Origin: a virus
Strand: one strand, 5' to 3'
IMG/VR virus record: IMGVR_UViG_3300011115_000838
Location: 4,725-68,724 of that record
DNA: 64,000 nt
Below are positions 28,677 through 39,500 of the stretch, one piece after another (within the stretch, counting starts at the first letter, position 1; the number at the start of each line of letters is the position of its first letter). The translations under genes and the position numbers were made by a program. The notes under the pieces are model-generated. The model saw only the letters and a list, made by a program, of their open reading frames with translations. It was not told where the DNA came from and searched no databases.

Positions 28677-29843
28677 TCAATTCCAATCAAACATTAAAGG
28701 ATAAATATTAAAACCATCTTCTCTATAATTAAAAAACATACAACCACTTTGCCCTCTCTTAAAATTTGTTTGCACCCATTCTGACGATGGAGAGAAGGCA
28801 GGGTAATTAAAGTAATTGAACCTATCAGAACTTGAGCCATCAAATAGCCAAATATGGCTATCTCCTTTAGAAAACTCTATTTTCACATTAGGTTCATATA
28901 AGCCATTGATGTCAATATAGTTAGAAATCTTTTCCTTTTGAATGGCATCTAAAAATGGCTTAAAACCAAATCTTAAATTCTTAGAATCTTTACCGTGAGT
29001 CAGAATAAATGTGTAATTTCCAACAGAGTAAGAATCAATAAACTTTCTAAAGTTATGAACTTCTATTCCGTAAACTTTTTCGCAATAAGTCTTTAGAGCA
29101 GAGTTTACTATATAGTCAAATGATGAAGAATGGTTCGATTCACACACATTATGAATGACAATTTTTGTATAAAAGTTTGACAACATATCTACCATTTGTC
29201 TCTTAAATTCAAATCCTACATCGAATGCCTTTTGATTGTCCATATTCTGAGGAAGGTCATGTTCTCTTCTTACAGTCTTAGCATCGAATCCATCAAAAAA
29301 GTCTCCTAAATCATCAATATAAAGAGTATCTGAACCTTGAAATCTAATCACATGAGCAACCATTTGGTTTAGTCTCATCATTAATTGCTCTTCATTCCAA
29401 ATACCTCCATATAAACTATAGCCATCCTTATTAGGAGTCATTGCTACGTGAGTATCTGTATAAACCAATCTGTCAAAAGAGCCATATTGCTCAACTGTCT
29501 TTAACGGCAAGTTTGGTGTTTCTATCTTTTGGCTAAAGTTTTCTAAAAACTTACCTAAAATATCTTCGGCATCTCTTTCTTCTGCCTTTTTATAGTATGG
29601 ATTCTTAACTCTAACCGATGCACCTTTATTCTTTAACCACATAAAATCAGAATCTTTTACAGAAACGCCCATCGAATCACAGGCATCTTTTATTCCATCT
29701 GACTTATCATCCCTTAACCCTCTAAATTCAAAAAGCCGTTCTTGTAGTTCTGTATTGAGTCGGTATCTATTCCTATCGTTACCTATTTTCAAGCCTAAAT
29801 AATCAATTTCTTCTGCTGTTAAGACAAATTTTTGATTCAACAT
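28677..29843 (-). CDS. Calcineurin-like metallophosphoesterase
   Basis: TDTH, LGDFFDG, SNH, THG, GDSH motifs. Confidence 0.78.
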   Translation of the reverse strand: MLNQKFVLTAEEIDYLGLKIGNDRNRYRLNTELQERLFEFRGLRDDKSDGIKDACDSMGVSVKDSDFMWLKNKGASVRVKNPYYKKAEERDAEDILGKFLENFSQKIETPNLPLKTVEQYGSFDRLVYTDTHVAMTPNKDGYSLYGGIWNEEQLMMRLNQMVAHVIRFQGSDTLYIDDLGDFFDGFDAKTVRREHDLPQNMDNQKAFDVGFEFKRQMVDMLSNFYTKIVIHNVCESNHSSSFDYIVNSALKTYCEKVYGIEVHNFRKFIDSYSVGNYTFILTHGKDSKNLRFGFKPFLDAIQKEKISNYIDINGLYEPNVKIEFSKGDSHIWLFDGSSSDRFNYFNYPAFSPSSEWVQTNFKRGQSGCMFFNYREDGFNIYPLMFDWN

Positions 29844-29901
29844 TGCTTTTTATTTTTTTTTTGTGTATATTTAATGTAAAAATAAAGAGTAAAATTGACA
29901 A

Positions 29902-30576
29902 ATGCAAACAAACTGTGACATATTTTCTTGCGATAGCGAAGAATTAAACGCTAATTGGTGTTCTGATGGACTAATTGTTGACCTATCTGACTATAATGAA
30001 GAATATGTCTATGCAGAAATTATAGTAAAAGGTTACGGCAGATATAAGTACATGGTACTAGTTAAAGATAATCTTGCAATAATCAATTGGAAACCAAGCG
30101 AATACCTTATAAAAGGAACTTATCAAACACAAATTACCTTTAAGGATTCAAATAAAAATTCAATAAATATAGTATCAAATGACTGTCAGTTATATTGTGG
30201 CATTAACTTTTGGATATTGCCAAATTGTGATTATGGGTATAAATACTTAAATTCGGGCTGTGGAGTTGCTTTACCTCAACCTCCAGTAGTTCCAGATTTA
30301 GAGTGTTCTTGGTTAATAGAATATAAAGAGTGTTCGTGGATATTAAATAATAGTACAATGATAGAGTTGTTTTATGATGGGAAGAAGATTATATTCGATA
30401 ACCCAGCAAAAAAAGATGGAATAATTAATCCAGCATTTTTAACTGAAATTGATGCAGTTGAAGAAGATGCTTTTGTAGTATCATTAATTGGTGGTGACGT
30501 AGAGATAACTTACATTGGGGCAAATGATGTAAGAATATTTGTTGGTAGTGTAGAAGTTCAAAGAACTTGTTCATAA
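29902..30576 (+). CDS. Cys-rich putative virion protein
   Basis: 224 aa, 10 Cys, starts a + strand island. Confidence 0.5.
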   Translation: MQTNCDIFSCDSEELNANWCSDGLIVDLSDYNEEYVYAEIIVKGYGRYKYMVLVKDNLAIINWKPSEYLIKGTYQTQITFKDSNKNSINIVSNDCQLYCGINFWILPNCDYGYKYLNSGCGVALPQPPVVPDLECSWLIEYKECSWILNNSTMIELFYDGKKIIFDNPAKKDGIINPAFLTEIDAVEEDAFVVSLIGGDVEITYIGANDVRIFVGSVEVQRTCS

Positions 30577-30585
30577 AATAACATA

Positions 30586-30633
30586 AATAATTTCGTTAAT
30601 AATTTCGTTAATAACTTCGTTAATAACTTCGTT
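30586..30633 (+). repeat. Four tandem 12-mers AATAAYTTCGTT abutting an ATG
   Basis: Directly visible at 30586, 30598, 30610 and 30622. Confidence 0.9.
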
Positions 30634-30981
30634 ATGATTTCTTTTAGATATATTTCTGATAAGATAATTTACATAGAAATAGATGGAAACAAGATTGCTA
30701 CGATAAGTGATTCTTGTTGCTCAACTACAATTAGATTTACTAGTGATAAAAAGTATGTAGAATTGTTCTTCCAAGCAGGTGCTGGAGGCTTTTTGGCAAA
30801 GAGAAAAACAATTGATGGAGACATAGTATATACTTACAGAGAAAAAGTATTTGAAGTATTTAATTACGTTTATAACTCTGAATCACTTAGAAAATACTTA
30901 AAAAGAGACAATCTTAAATTAACTCGACAACATATTGAAGATAATAAACATATTGAAATTTTAAAAATGTACGAGAAATGA
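30634..30981 (+). CDS. Hypothetical protein
   Basis: 115-aa ORF. Confidence 0.6.
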   Translation: MISFRYISDKIIYIEIDGNKIATISDSCCSTTIRFTSDKKYVELFFQAGAGGFLAKRKTIDGDIVYTYREKVFEVFNYVYNSESLRKYLKRDNLKLTRQHIEDNKHIEILKMYEK

Positions 30982-31103
30982 TAAAAGTAGTAGCACCACC
31001 AAAGCCACCAAGACTTGTTTTAAATAAGCCACCAAGACTTATTTTAAATAAGCCAGCAATTATTTCAAGAAAACCATCATCATGTTCAGAATGTGGCAAA
31101 TAG
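30978..31103 (+). CDS. Small Pro/Lys-rich peptide ending in CSECGK
   Basis: 41 aa, ATGA-coupled; KPPRL(V/I)LN duplicated; not in the ORF track. Confidence 0.5.
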   Translation: MIKVVAPPKPPRLVLNKPPRLILNKPAIISRKPSSCSECGK

Positions 31104-31345
31104 TAGAAATATATAACGGATACAAAAACCTTCTTTTTTACAAGTTAGGACTATTCCAAGAGTCTGACTGCGTAGAATATAAAGAAAAGAAAAAAGTATG
31201 TAATAAGGACTGTCCATTATATTCATCTGTTTTGGGAATAGGGTATTGTAACCCTGCTAAAAACCATGAAGGAGAAAATGGATGTGGCTGTATTATAGAA
31301 GCAAAACTGTGGAGCGAATCGCCATGCCCGCTTGGCAAATTTTAA
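31091..31345 (+). CDS. Small Cys-rich protein
   Basis: C..C...C...GCGCIIEAK....CPLGKF pattern. Confidence 0.6.
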   Translation: MWQIVEIYNGYKNLLFYKLGLFQESDCVEYKEKKKVCNKDCPLYSSVLGIGYCNPAKNHEGENGCGCIIEAKLWSESPCPLGKF

Positions 31346-31355
31346 TAATAAAGAA

Positions 31356-32339
31356 ATGTGTATAGAAGTAGGAATAAGATTGTGTGGTAGTTCGGGAGAC
31401 TTGATGGTAGATGATATCATGGGAGTATCTGCGAACTTAGTTCAAAGCCTAAAAGATGATGAGCAACAAAAGTTTAGCGATTATTTTAATCAGCTAAGAG
31501 ATTCCTCGTATAAAAACTTCTTGAAAGATTTAGAAATTGAACTCTTGAAAAGAAAGAGTTTTAAACACATTGTATCTGAATCTAAACCATATTCTGGGAA
31601 AAAACACACAGAACTATATACGGATATTGAAAGGATTGGGTATAAGATTGAATTACCATATCATCAATTTACCGAATACCAACTAAGAGCCATAGAATTA
31701 TATGCACATAAGTTTGGTGATGTAAAGATTGAAGTATTTGATATGGTTACTGCTCAATTACTTTATTCAAAAGATTTTAAGTTAAATAGAGGAAAGAATA
31801 CTTTAAAGATAGATGAGACATTTTCTTCTCAACTAACTACAGAAATATTTGTAGCATTGACCAATATTGATTCTGTATTGATGGAAGTTACTTGTGGAGA
31901 AATGTGTGGTAGCTGTTGGATGGTATCTGACTGTGAGATTAATTACGGAAAGTTAGACTTCACAGAGGTAGACCAAATTGACTACATAAACACAGGCACA
32001 AGCGATACTGTTTATGAAAAACTATTTTGCATCAATGGGGCAATTAGATGTAATCTTGAGGCAATTCTATGCGAATACAAAGAGTTCTTTGGCGAGGCTG
32101 TTAAATACAAACTTGGAATTGAAATCCTAAATAGTAAACTAAACTCTGACAAGAGAAATTGGTACACATCAGCTAACTTTCAAGAGATTCGTGAATTTAC
32201 ATTGCCCGAACTAAAGGAGGAATATTATAAGAGATTAAATTTAGCCATCACAAACATTTCAGACCTACTCAATGATTCAATCTGCTGGTCTTGCGATGGC
32301 GTAAATTCACTTATTCCTCAAAGTTCAAGTTATGTTTAA
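31356..32339 (+). CDS. Putative head-tail adaptor protein
   Basis: About 327 aa, helical C-terminal half ending CWSC; inferred from context. Confidence 0.45.
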   Translation: MCIEVGIRLCGSSGDLMVDDIMGVSANLVQSLKDDEQQKFSDYFNQLRDSSYKNFLKDLEIELLKRKSFKHIVSESKPYSGKKHTELYTDIERIGYKIELPYHQFTEYQLRAIELYAHKFGDVKIEVFDMVTAQLLYSKDFKLNRGKNTLKIDETFSSQLTTEIFVALTNIDSVLMEVTCGEMCGSCWMVSDCEINYGKLDFTEVDQIDYINTGTSDTVYEKLFCINGAIRCNLEAILCEYKEFFGEAVKYKLGIEILNSKLNSDKRNWYTSANFQEIREFTLPELKEEYYKRLNLAITNISDLLNDSICWSCDGVNSLIPQSSSYV

Positions 32340-32636
32340 TATGCAAATATCAAAGAATTGCTTTTCATTTGAAATTTCATATTCTATGCCATTTGAGTTT
32401 ACTTCTAATTTTTTATTTCCGAAATCATTTTCAAATACAAACCAAGACACCCATTGGTTTGTATCATTTAAAGCTATTTCAATTATTCTGATATAATCGT
32501 CTATAAATATATTTCCAAACTCGCATACCCCAGTTGAAGTTGGTGAAATTACCTTTAAGACGGCATCTAACTTATCTTGTTCTTTAAAGAAATTTTTTAA
32601 AGACTCCATTGCTTCATAAAAATCTTTGTATTCCAT
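32325..32636 (-). CDS. Hypothetical phage protein
   Basis: WVSWFVFENDFG motif common in phage hypothetical proteins. Confidence 0.65.
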   Translation of the reverse strand: MEYKDFYEAMESLKNFFKEQDKLDAVLKVISPTSTGVCEFGNIFIDDYIRIIEIALNDTNQWVSWFVFENDFGNKKLEVNSNGIEYEISNEKQFFDICILNIT

Positions 32637-32638
32637 AA

Positions 32639-33280
32639 TTAATATCCAAACGCTTTAATTGTTTCTTTAAAAGGATTTCCATCAATATTTTTAACTAGGT
32701 CTAACATCTCTTGAACCAGCTCACGAGTTTCTTGTTGAGCATCCTTCTTTAAACGAAGATTAAACAGATGGATAAATGCTAATAGGCTACCAGTCCAAAT
32801 AAATGTAGTATTCAAACTTAAAGGCAAAATACTACGAGCTTGTTCTTTTGAAACTCCTAAATCAAGCAAGGAATTATAAGCTAGTTTGCAATTTTCAATA
32901 ACTTCTTGCTCAATCATAGAAGCGATATCCTGCTCTTCAATCACTCCCTCACTACCTTGTTTACTCGACTTAGATTGCCTTCTCCATTCTTTAATAGTAG
33001 TGTAAGAATCAGAAAAATCAACGTATCTTCCTGAAACAGAGTTGATTGACATCCCAGTCTGATGCTTACTAAGTTGCCTTTCCACATAAATCGGGCAAGT
33101 AATTCTAAACTGTAACTGAGGATGCCTAAATACACTGGTATGCTTGTGTTCAATTAGGTACTTAATTAATTTGGCATTCTGCTCATCAGTATAATTTGAT
33201 GCTTCCTTATTGTAGGAGACGCGAGCTGACCTTACTACCATATTATCATCACCAAAAACCTCCAAAATTTCAACATTCAT
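32639..33280 (-). CDS. thyX: Flavin-dependent thymidylate synthase
   Basis: ARVSY, HTSVF, RQLSKH...NSVSGRY, EQARSILP, LRLKKDAQQE. Confidence 0.92.
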   Translation of the reverse strand: MNVEILEVFGDDNMVVRSARVSYNKEASNYTDEQNAKLIKYLIEHKHTSVFRHPQLQFRITCPIYVERQLSKHQTGMSINSVSGRYVDFSDSYTTIKEWRRQSKSSKQGSEGVIEEQDIASMIEQEVIENCKLAYNSLLDLGVSKEQARSILPLSLNTTFIWTGSLLAFIHLFNLRLKKDAQQETRELVQEMLDLVKNIDGNPFKETIKAFGY

Positions 33281-33380
33281 GTTTTTATTTTTTTTATTTA
33301 ATTTAATTGTTTTTGAGCCAAACCTAATTCCATCAGTCTTTTAAATAATGGTTGTGCAAGTTCTAAAGAAGTTTTTGCAG

Positions 33381-34118
33381 CTATAGTATGTTCGATTCCA
33401 TTTTCACTAATCGGTTAGTTTTATATTTTTCATAAATATTCAAAAGCTCAAATGCTTTTGTCATATCGTTTTCTTTTAATGCTTTTTTTACCCCATCACA
33501 TAATGTATTTACACCTATTACAGAAAGTCTTATTACTATTTCTTGTAAAAATAAATCTTCATTCCCTTCTTTGCATCTTAAAAATGGTTCATTTAAAATA
33601 AACTGAATTTCTTTTTCTCTAATAGCATCTTCTTCAATATTAATACCTTTAAAATGTGCTTTTTCATCATATTCAATAAAACCTATTATTGGGACATAAA
33701 TATCTACTTTATATTTTCCAACAGGATATTGTATAAAATAAGATACTCCAAATCCTTTTAAAATTGGAATTAATGAGTTTATAAAAATAGTTTCTGGTCG
33801 ATTTATTTTTAAATCGGATTCTTGAATATCTAGATATTTGAAAAATAAGTTTCTATTAGAAATAGTTAATTTTCTACATTGTAAAGATATTAAAGCAACT
33901 GCTTCTTTATTTATAAAAGTAATTTCTTGACTTCCTCCTCTAGTAGTTCTAATTCTTTTACAGATACAATCTGAAGAAATACATCTACTTTTTAAATCAT
34001 TTGTCCCTTTCCACGTTAAATCTAAAACAGAAAATACATCTTTTCCACTAAACCAAATTTCACCATCAATCTCAACAGTTCTTACTTCTTTTTCTTGAAA
34101 ATCAAATAATTTTATCAT
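33381..34118 (-). CDS. Bro-N domain protein with DUF559-like endonuclease domain
   Basis: FDFQEKEVRTVEIDGEIWFSGKDV; QYPVGKYKVDIY...IEYDEKAH. Confidence 0.75.
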   Translation of the reverse strand: MIKLFDFQEKEVRTVEIDGEIWFSGKDVFSVLDLTWKGTNDLKSRCISSDCICKRIRTTRGGSQEITFINKEAVALISLQCRKLTISNRNLFFKYLDIQESDLKINRPETIFINSLIPILKGFGVSYFIQYPVGKYKVDIYVPIIGFIEYDEKAHFKGINIEEDAIREKEIQFILNEPFLRCKEGNEDLFLQEIVIRLSVIGVNTLCDGVKKALKENDMTKAFELLNIYEKYKTNRLVKMESNIL

Positions 34119-34445
34119 TTTATTTTTGTTTTAAGTGAATACAAATATACAAAAGCTATTTCTAAAAAGCAATAGCTTTTGTATATATTTTCACAAGTAA
34201 ATGTTTATATTGTTTGCATAAAACTACGCCTATGTAGTGTTATTATTTTTAACTTGTTTCATAAAAGTAGTTATACCTACTGTTATAATTGCCTTGCTAT
34301 CTAAATCTGTTCTATAAAAGCAAGAAAACTTGTTTTTATATTTCAGGGACTCCCACCACTTGGTATCCCTTTAATTAATAAACTATTCAAAGATTTTGAA
34401 ATATAATTTTTTTTGCGTATATTTAATGCAAAAAATGTTCTTAAA

Positions 34446-34724
34446 ATGTTTAAATTGACAGATAGTTTGGGTAGAAAAGTATTTGAATGCAATTACGAAT
34501 TTACCAATGAAAATATATCAGTAAATGACGAAGAGAGATATACTTTTACTATATGTAATAATAGATGGTGCTTGGGTGACATTTCAGTAGAACTTTACTT
34601 AGATGGAAATATGTGTAAGAAAGTTGATATTGAAGAAGATAAGACTGGATACATTCCTTTTAAAACAGGAATATCGAGCGAAGTGACTGTAAGAGTATAT
34701 CCAAAATATGAAATTCCAGCATAA
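34446..34724 (+). CDS. Hypothetical protein
   Basis: First gene of the tail island. Confidence 0.5.
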   Translation: MFKLTDSLGRKVFECNYEFTNENISVNDEERYTFTICNNRWCLGDISVELYLDGNMCKKVDIEEDKTGYIPFKTGISSEVTVRVYPKYEIPA

Positions 34725-34747
34725 CCTTAATTTTTTATAACCTTTTT

Positions 34748-35245
34748 ATGTTTACATTAGACGTAAGTGGCATAGAGCGATTAATACTTCAACTTGAGAA
34801 GAGGTCGGAAGATTATCAAGTTGCTGTAGATAGTGCCGTTGAATTAGCAAGAGAAACTATCTTAAATAGGGTTAAAATAGGTCAATTAACTGATGGTACT
34901 TATCGTGTATCTAATTCATCTCCATTAGATGGTAGATACTCTAAAAGTCATGCAAGAGCAAGAAGAAAGTACAAAGATGGTGCAAGACCAACTGGCATTC
35001 ATAATTTATTTTTATCTGGAAATCTACACAAGAATTTCATAATTAAAAAAACAAAATCTATTAATAAAAAGAATTTGACATTCGCTCGTACTATTGAATT
35101 TACAAATAATAAAGTGCAAGGAAAAGGTATAACTTATGCAGAATTAGCTGAAATCCAAGAAGCTAAAACTGGTATAGGTTTTCAGTTGAGTCCATCACAA
35201 TTAGTAAGGGTAATGGCAAAATTTAAACAAGTAGCAAGACTTTAG
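34748..35245 (+). CDS. Neck/tail-completion (virion morphogenesis) protein
   Basis: Basic; YSKSHARARRK...NLFLSGNLH motif; upstream of chaperone and tape measure genes. Confidence 0.6.
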   Translation: MFTLDVSGIERLILQLEKRSEDYQVAVDSAVELARETILNRVKIGQLTDGTYRVSNSSPLDGRYSKSHARARRKYKDGARPTGIHNLFLSGNLHKNFIIKKTKSINKKNLTFARTIEFTNNKVQGKGITYAELAEIQEAKTGIGFQLSPSQLVRVMAKFKQVARL

Positions 35246-35249
35246 TAGT

Positions 35250-35687
35250 ATGATAAAGATAGACGACTTAAAACAGGCAATAAACAATAAGTTTTGCGAT
35301 AAGAGATTACAAATCGAAGGCTTTGTGGAAGCAACTGATAGTAGAGGTGACTCTATTATTAGAAGAGTAAATGACTTTAAAGTAAACCCAATAGTTTACT
35401 CAGATGGAACTTTAATATTCTTTTTGATAGATGGCACGGTAACTATTGACAAATCAAAGTCAATTCCATTAGCAGTAAAGATGGTTATGATTACTGATGA
35501 GTATGATAACCTTGCAAGAGTTATTGAATCATTTGACGATTACGATTGGTTGCCAATTGAACTCTCGTTTGGAAGTCAACAAATTTACGATAAATATTTT
35601 GAAAGAAACATAGATAGACCATTTCAAGGCTATGCCTTTGAATTTGACTTGAATTTAAGAATTAATTACAGCGATTTATTATTTTAA
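35250..35687 (+). CDS. Putative tail terminator protein
   Basis: 145 aa, size and position. Confidence 0.45.
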   Translation: MIKIDDLKQAINNKFCDKRLQIEGFVEATDSRGDSIIRRVNDFKVNPIVYSDGTLIFFLIDGTVTIDKSKSIPLAVKMVMITDEYDNLARVIESFDDYDWLPIELSFGSQQIYDKYFERNIDRPFQGYAFEFDLNLRINYSDLLF

Positions 35688-35700
35688 CTCATAAGATTTT

Positions 35701-36489
35701 ATGACATTAATTGAAAAGTACAATACACCGTGTGCTGATTTCACGGAAGCATTAGAAAAGGGAATCATTTCAAGAGACCCGATATTTGAAATAAACACAA
35801 TCAAGTTTTTTGTGTTTGCAAAAGGATTAACATTGATGGCTGCGGAACGCTTCTTACAATACCAAGAGAATATGCGTTTTTGGCGTGAGATTGGAATGAG
35901 CAAGGAAGTATCAACAGATTATATTAATGAAGTAATTGAGAAGTTAGAAGAAACAAGAAACTCTGCAAATGACTCAAGATTAGTAAGTACAAAGCTCGAT
36001 GAGGCATTAGTTACCCTGAGATTATATGAAGAGCATAAAAGGAATTTCAACTACGTAGGAGCAATGTTAGAGGCTTGTTCTTTGGCAATTATGACACAGA
36101 ATGAGAATCCATACACAGTAGATTTAGAGCATAACTCTGAGAAGATTAAGATATTCCAAGCAGCTATGGATGCTCCAAATGGCGATGAATTTACGGTTTT
36201 TTTTTGGAAACTTTCATCACTGCCTTCAATGGATTGGCTTCAACGATTAATGGATTTTACTCCGTATTGGGCAAAGGAGACGATGACACCAGAAGAGATG
36301 AATCTATACAAGTCAGACCAAGACCTACTGACATTCGATATTTTAAAAACGAAAAGGCTCTTGGAAACGCTAAAGTTTGGAGAAAGTTCGTTGAGTCCTG
36401 TAAAAATATATCGAAGTATATTAAACTTAGTCAAAAAGAAATCGAACACCAAAGTATTCTCGATTATCTCAACTATACAGAACTCGTAA
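35701..36489 (+). CDS. Tail assembly chaperone (G form)
   Basis: Upstream of the tape measure gene; T9 slippery run at 36197-36205. Confidence 0.65.
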   Translation: MTLIEKYNTPCADFTEALEKGIISRDPIFEINTIKFFVFAKGLTLMAAERFLQYQENMRFWREIGMSKEVSTDYINEVIEKLEETRNSANDSRLVSTKLDEALVTLRLYEEHKRNFNYVGAMLEACSLAIMTQNENPYTVDLEHNSEKIKIFQAAMDAPNGDEFTVFFWKLSSLPSMDWLQRLMDFTPYWAKETMTPEEMNLYKSDQDLLTFDILKTKRLLETLKFGESSLSPVKIYRSILNLVKKKSNTKVFSIISTIQNS

Positions 36490-36536
36490 ACGAGGAAATA
36501 GAAGCACACAACAAAGCATTAGAACCACACAAATAG
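36197..36536 (+). CDS. Tail assembly chaperone -1 frameshift extension (GT form)
   Basis: -1 frame is open from the T9 run to 36536, 1 nt before the tape measure ATG. Confidence 0.65.
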
Positions 36537-36537
36537 A

Positions 36538-39500
36538 ATGGCGAACTTATCAGATAGTATTAGATTAAATACCGAAGTAAATTTACAGGGATTTGTAGAC
36601 TTGTCTAAACAACTTTCTCAAATACAGTTAAGTCTAACTTCTGTTGCTGCATCTGCAAGGAATTTGTCAACAAGTTTAGGACAAAATACTACAACTGCAA
36701 ATGCTACTGCTACATCTTTAGGAAATGTTACAACACAAGCTAATCAAGCGTCTAAAGCAACTAATGGATTATTTTCATCACTTGGCTCTTTAACAGGTTT
36801 ACGTTCTCAGTTATTAGGGTTATTTGGGGCATTTTCTGTAGGCTCATTTGCTCAACAAATGGTTGAGGCACAGTCTAAGGTAGAGTCTTTTGGACTTTCA
36901 ATGAAAAACCTACTGGGTAGAGAATATGGAAATAAACTTGTAGAAGACTTAAAAAAGTTTACAGTAGAAACTCCATTAAACTTTGAAGAGGTAATTAAAT
37001 CTTCAAGTCAACTAGTAGGTTCATTTAAAGCTGCTGGTGCATCAAGTGAAACCATAGGGAGAGAAATCCCAATAATTCTTGAATCTCTTGGGAATAGTGC
37101 TGCTGCACTTGGTGGAGATGGTAGACTTGGACGGTTGATTTATGCTTTCTCTCAAGTTCAAGCTACTGGACGATTAATGGGTACTGAGGTTCGTCAAATT
37201 ACTGAGACAGGATTCCCATTACTTGCAGTAATGTCTCAACAAACTGGGAAGTCTGTTCAAGAACTTCAAAAAGACATTTCAGACGGAAAAGTAAGTTTTG
37301 AAATGTTTCAAAAGGCAATTTTATCAGCAGGAAAAGAGGGTGGCATATTTGCTGGGTCTATGGAAATTATGGCAAATACAGTTCAAGGTCGTATTGATAA
37401 GTTAAAAGAATCTTTATTCTTCGCATTAGCTAATATTGGAGACCAATTTAATGGTACAGCAAAAAGTGTAATTGATTTTGGTTCAAATATACTTAAAGCA
37501 TTATTTGGTACTGAATCAGCTACAAAAAAAACTATTGATATAGTTAGTAATGCAGTTATAGCTTGGACTGCCTATGAATTAATTATTAGAAAAAACTCTG
37601 CTACCTCTGTTATTTGGAATGGAATACAAAAGATTGGATTAATTATAAAAGGTGAAGCTATATTAGCTACTGAAGCATATATAGGTATGACCATTGCGGA
37701 AACAGAAGCTCAAATTGCAGCAACAACCGCAGCAAGGAGCTTTAACGCTACATTGGCTGCTAACCCTTTTGGATTTGCTTTATTAGGTATAACAGCATTA
37801 GTTACAGCATACCAACTATATTCAGATGGAGTAGATGAAGCAAAAGAGTTTACCCTTCAAAATGTAAAAGCTAATGATTCAGAGGTAAAGGGATTAATAT
37901 CAAAACAAGCTCAATTAAATGTAACTGCTAAAAGTGTTCTCGGTTTGACTGAAGGAACTGAGGGATATAAATTACAAATTGGTCAGTTAATTAAAAAATA
38001 TCCAGAATACTTTGGACACTTAGATGCAGAAAAAGCAACCCATGATGAAGTAAGAAAGGCTTTATTCTTTGCTAATAATGAGATGGATAGAAAGATAAGA
38101 TTAATGGCACAAGAAAAATTAGCAGCGAAAGTTGCTGACAAAGTTGCTGATGTTAAACTCCAAATAGCTGAAGAACAAATTGCAAATCAACAAAGATTAG
38201 AAAATGAAAAGGCTTATCAAGCGAAACAAATAGAATTAAAGAAAAAAGGATTTCAAGATGAATATACCGAGCAACTAGGTGCTGAATTATTATCCCAAAA
38301 TTCTAAAAAGCATAGTAATGACAAGTTAAATAAGTTAATTGCTCAAGATAATCAATATAATTTATTACTTCAAAAGGTTAGTAATGATTATGCAGCAACA
38401 TTATTAGAAGATTATAATAAAAAAAGACAAGCAATTACAGAAAAATGGGAAAATAAAGGATTTGAAACAAGAAAACAATTTACTGATGCAATAATTGCAC
38501 TTGATAAAGAGTTTGGTTATAGGTCTAATGAGAATACTAATAAAATAGCAGAAGAAGGTGGAAAGGGTGGTAAAGAGATAGCTTTGAAATACAAAACTGA
38601 TACTGATAAGCAAAAAGCTATATTAGACCAAGCAAATGCTCTTAGGGCAGAACAAAAGACTCGTGAAAATCAACAAAAAATTCTTGATTTAGAGAAAGAA
38701 TACGATGAATTAAGGGTTAATAATGCAAAAGGAAGTCAAACTATTAAGGTAAAAGAATTGCAAAAAATAGAAAATAAATATAGAGAAGATTCTGCAAATT
38801 TAACAAGAGAGTATGATAAAAAAGATATTGAAAGTAGAGAAAAATGGGTTGATTTTAGTAGGGGAATTGATAAAGCACTTAGGGATATAGAAGAAAATAA
38901 ATCAAAAATAGCTGAAAAAAATGCACAAAATTTAAAGAAAATTGATGAAGATAATGCCAAAGAGACTATAAAACTTGAAGAAGATAAGTATAAGTTAATG
39001 GATAAACTTAGGATTTTGCAAGCAATATCAAAGGCTAAAAACTCTAAGGAAGTTATAGATATACAAAATAAAGAAAATGAAAGTATATTAAGAGAAAATC
39101 AAGCATTAATAGAAAAGCAAATCTTCGCAGAAAAGATGAAACTTGCTAAGATGGCACTTCTTAAAAAAGAAAATACAGAAGATTATAAGAATCAAGAAGC
39201 AGTAATACTAAAATTAGAAGAAGAAATAACAGCTTTAAAGATAAAATTGGCTGAATTTCTTACAGAGAAGAAAAAAGAAGAAATAGATAAACAATCAGAA
39301 AAAGAAAAAAAAGCCTATGAAATTTCAATAAAGGCAATTGATTTTTTTCTTGATGCACTAAACTCTTCTTTAGATGAATCTATGTCTAAAACAACAGATG
39401 TAGTTACTAAAGCACAAATAGAAAACAGAAAAGCATCAATAAATATTGTTAAACAAGGAATTTCAGCAATAACCTCTATAACTGAGTCTGTAATTAAAGG

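Noticed and set aside
30610-30633. ATAACTTCGT resembles a loxP half-site
   Set aside because: Only 10 of 13 bp, arranged as direct repeats rather than inverted around an 8-bp spacer, and no recombinase is seen
33298-33412. Alternative-frame extension of the Bro-N gene C-terminus
   Set aside because: Short, and cannot be told from chance without homologs
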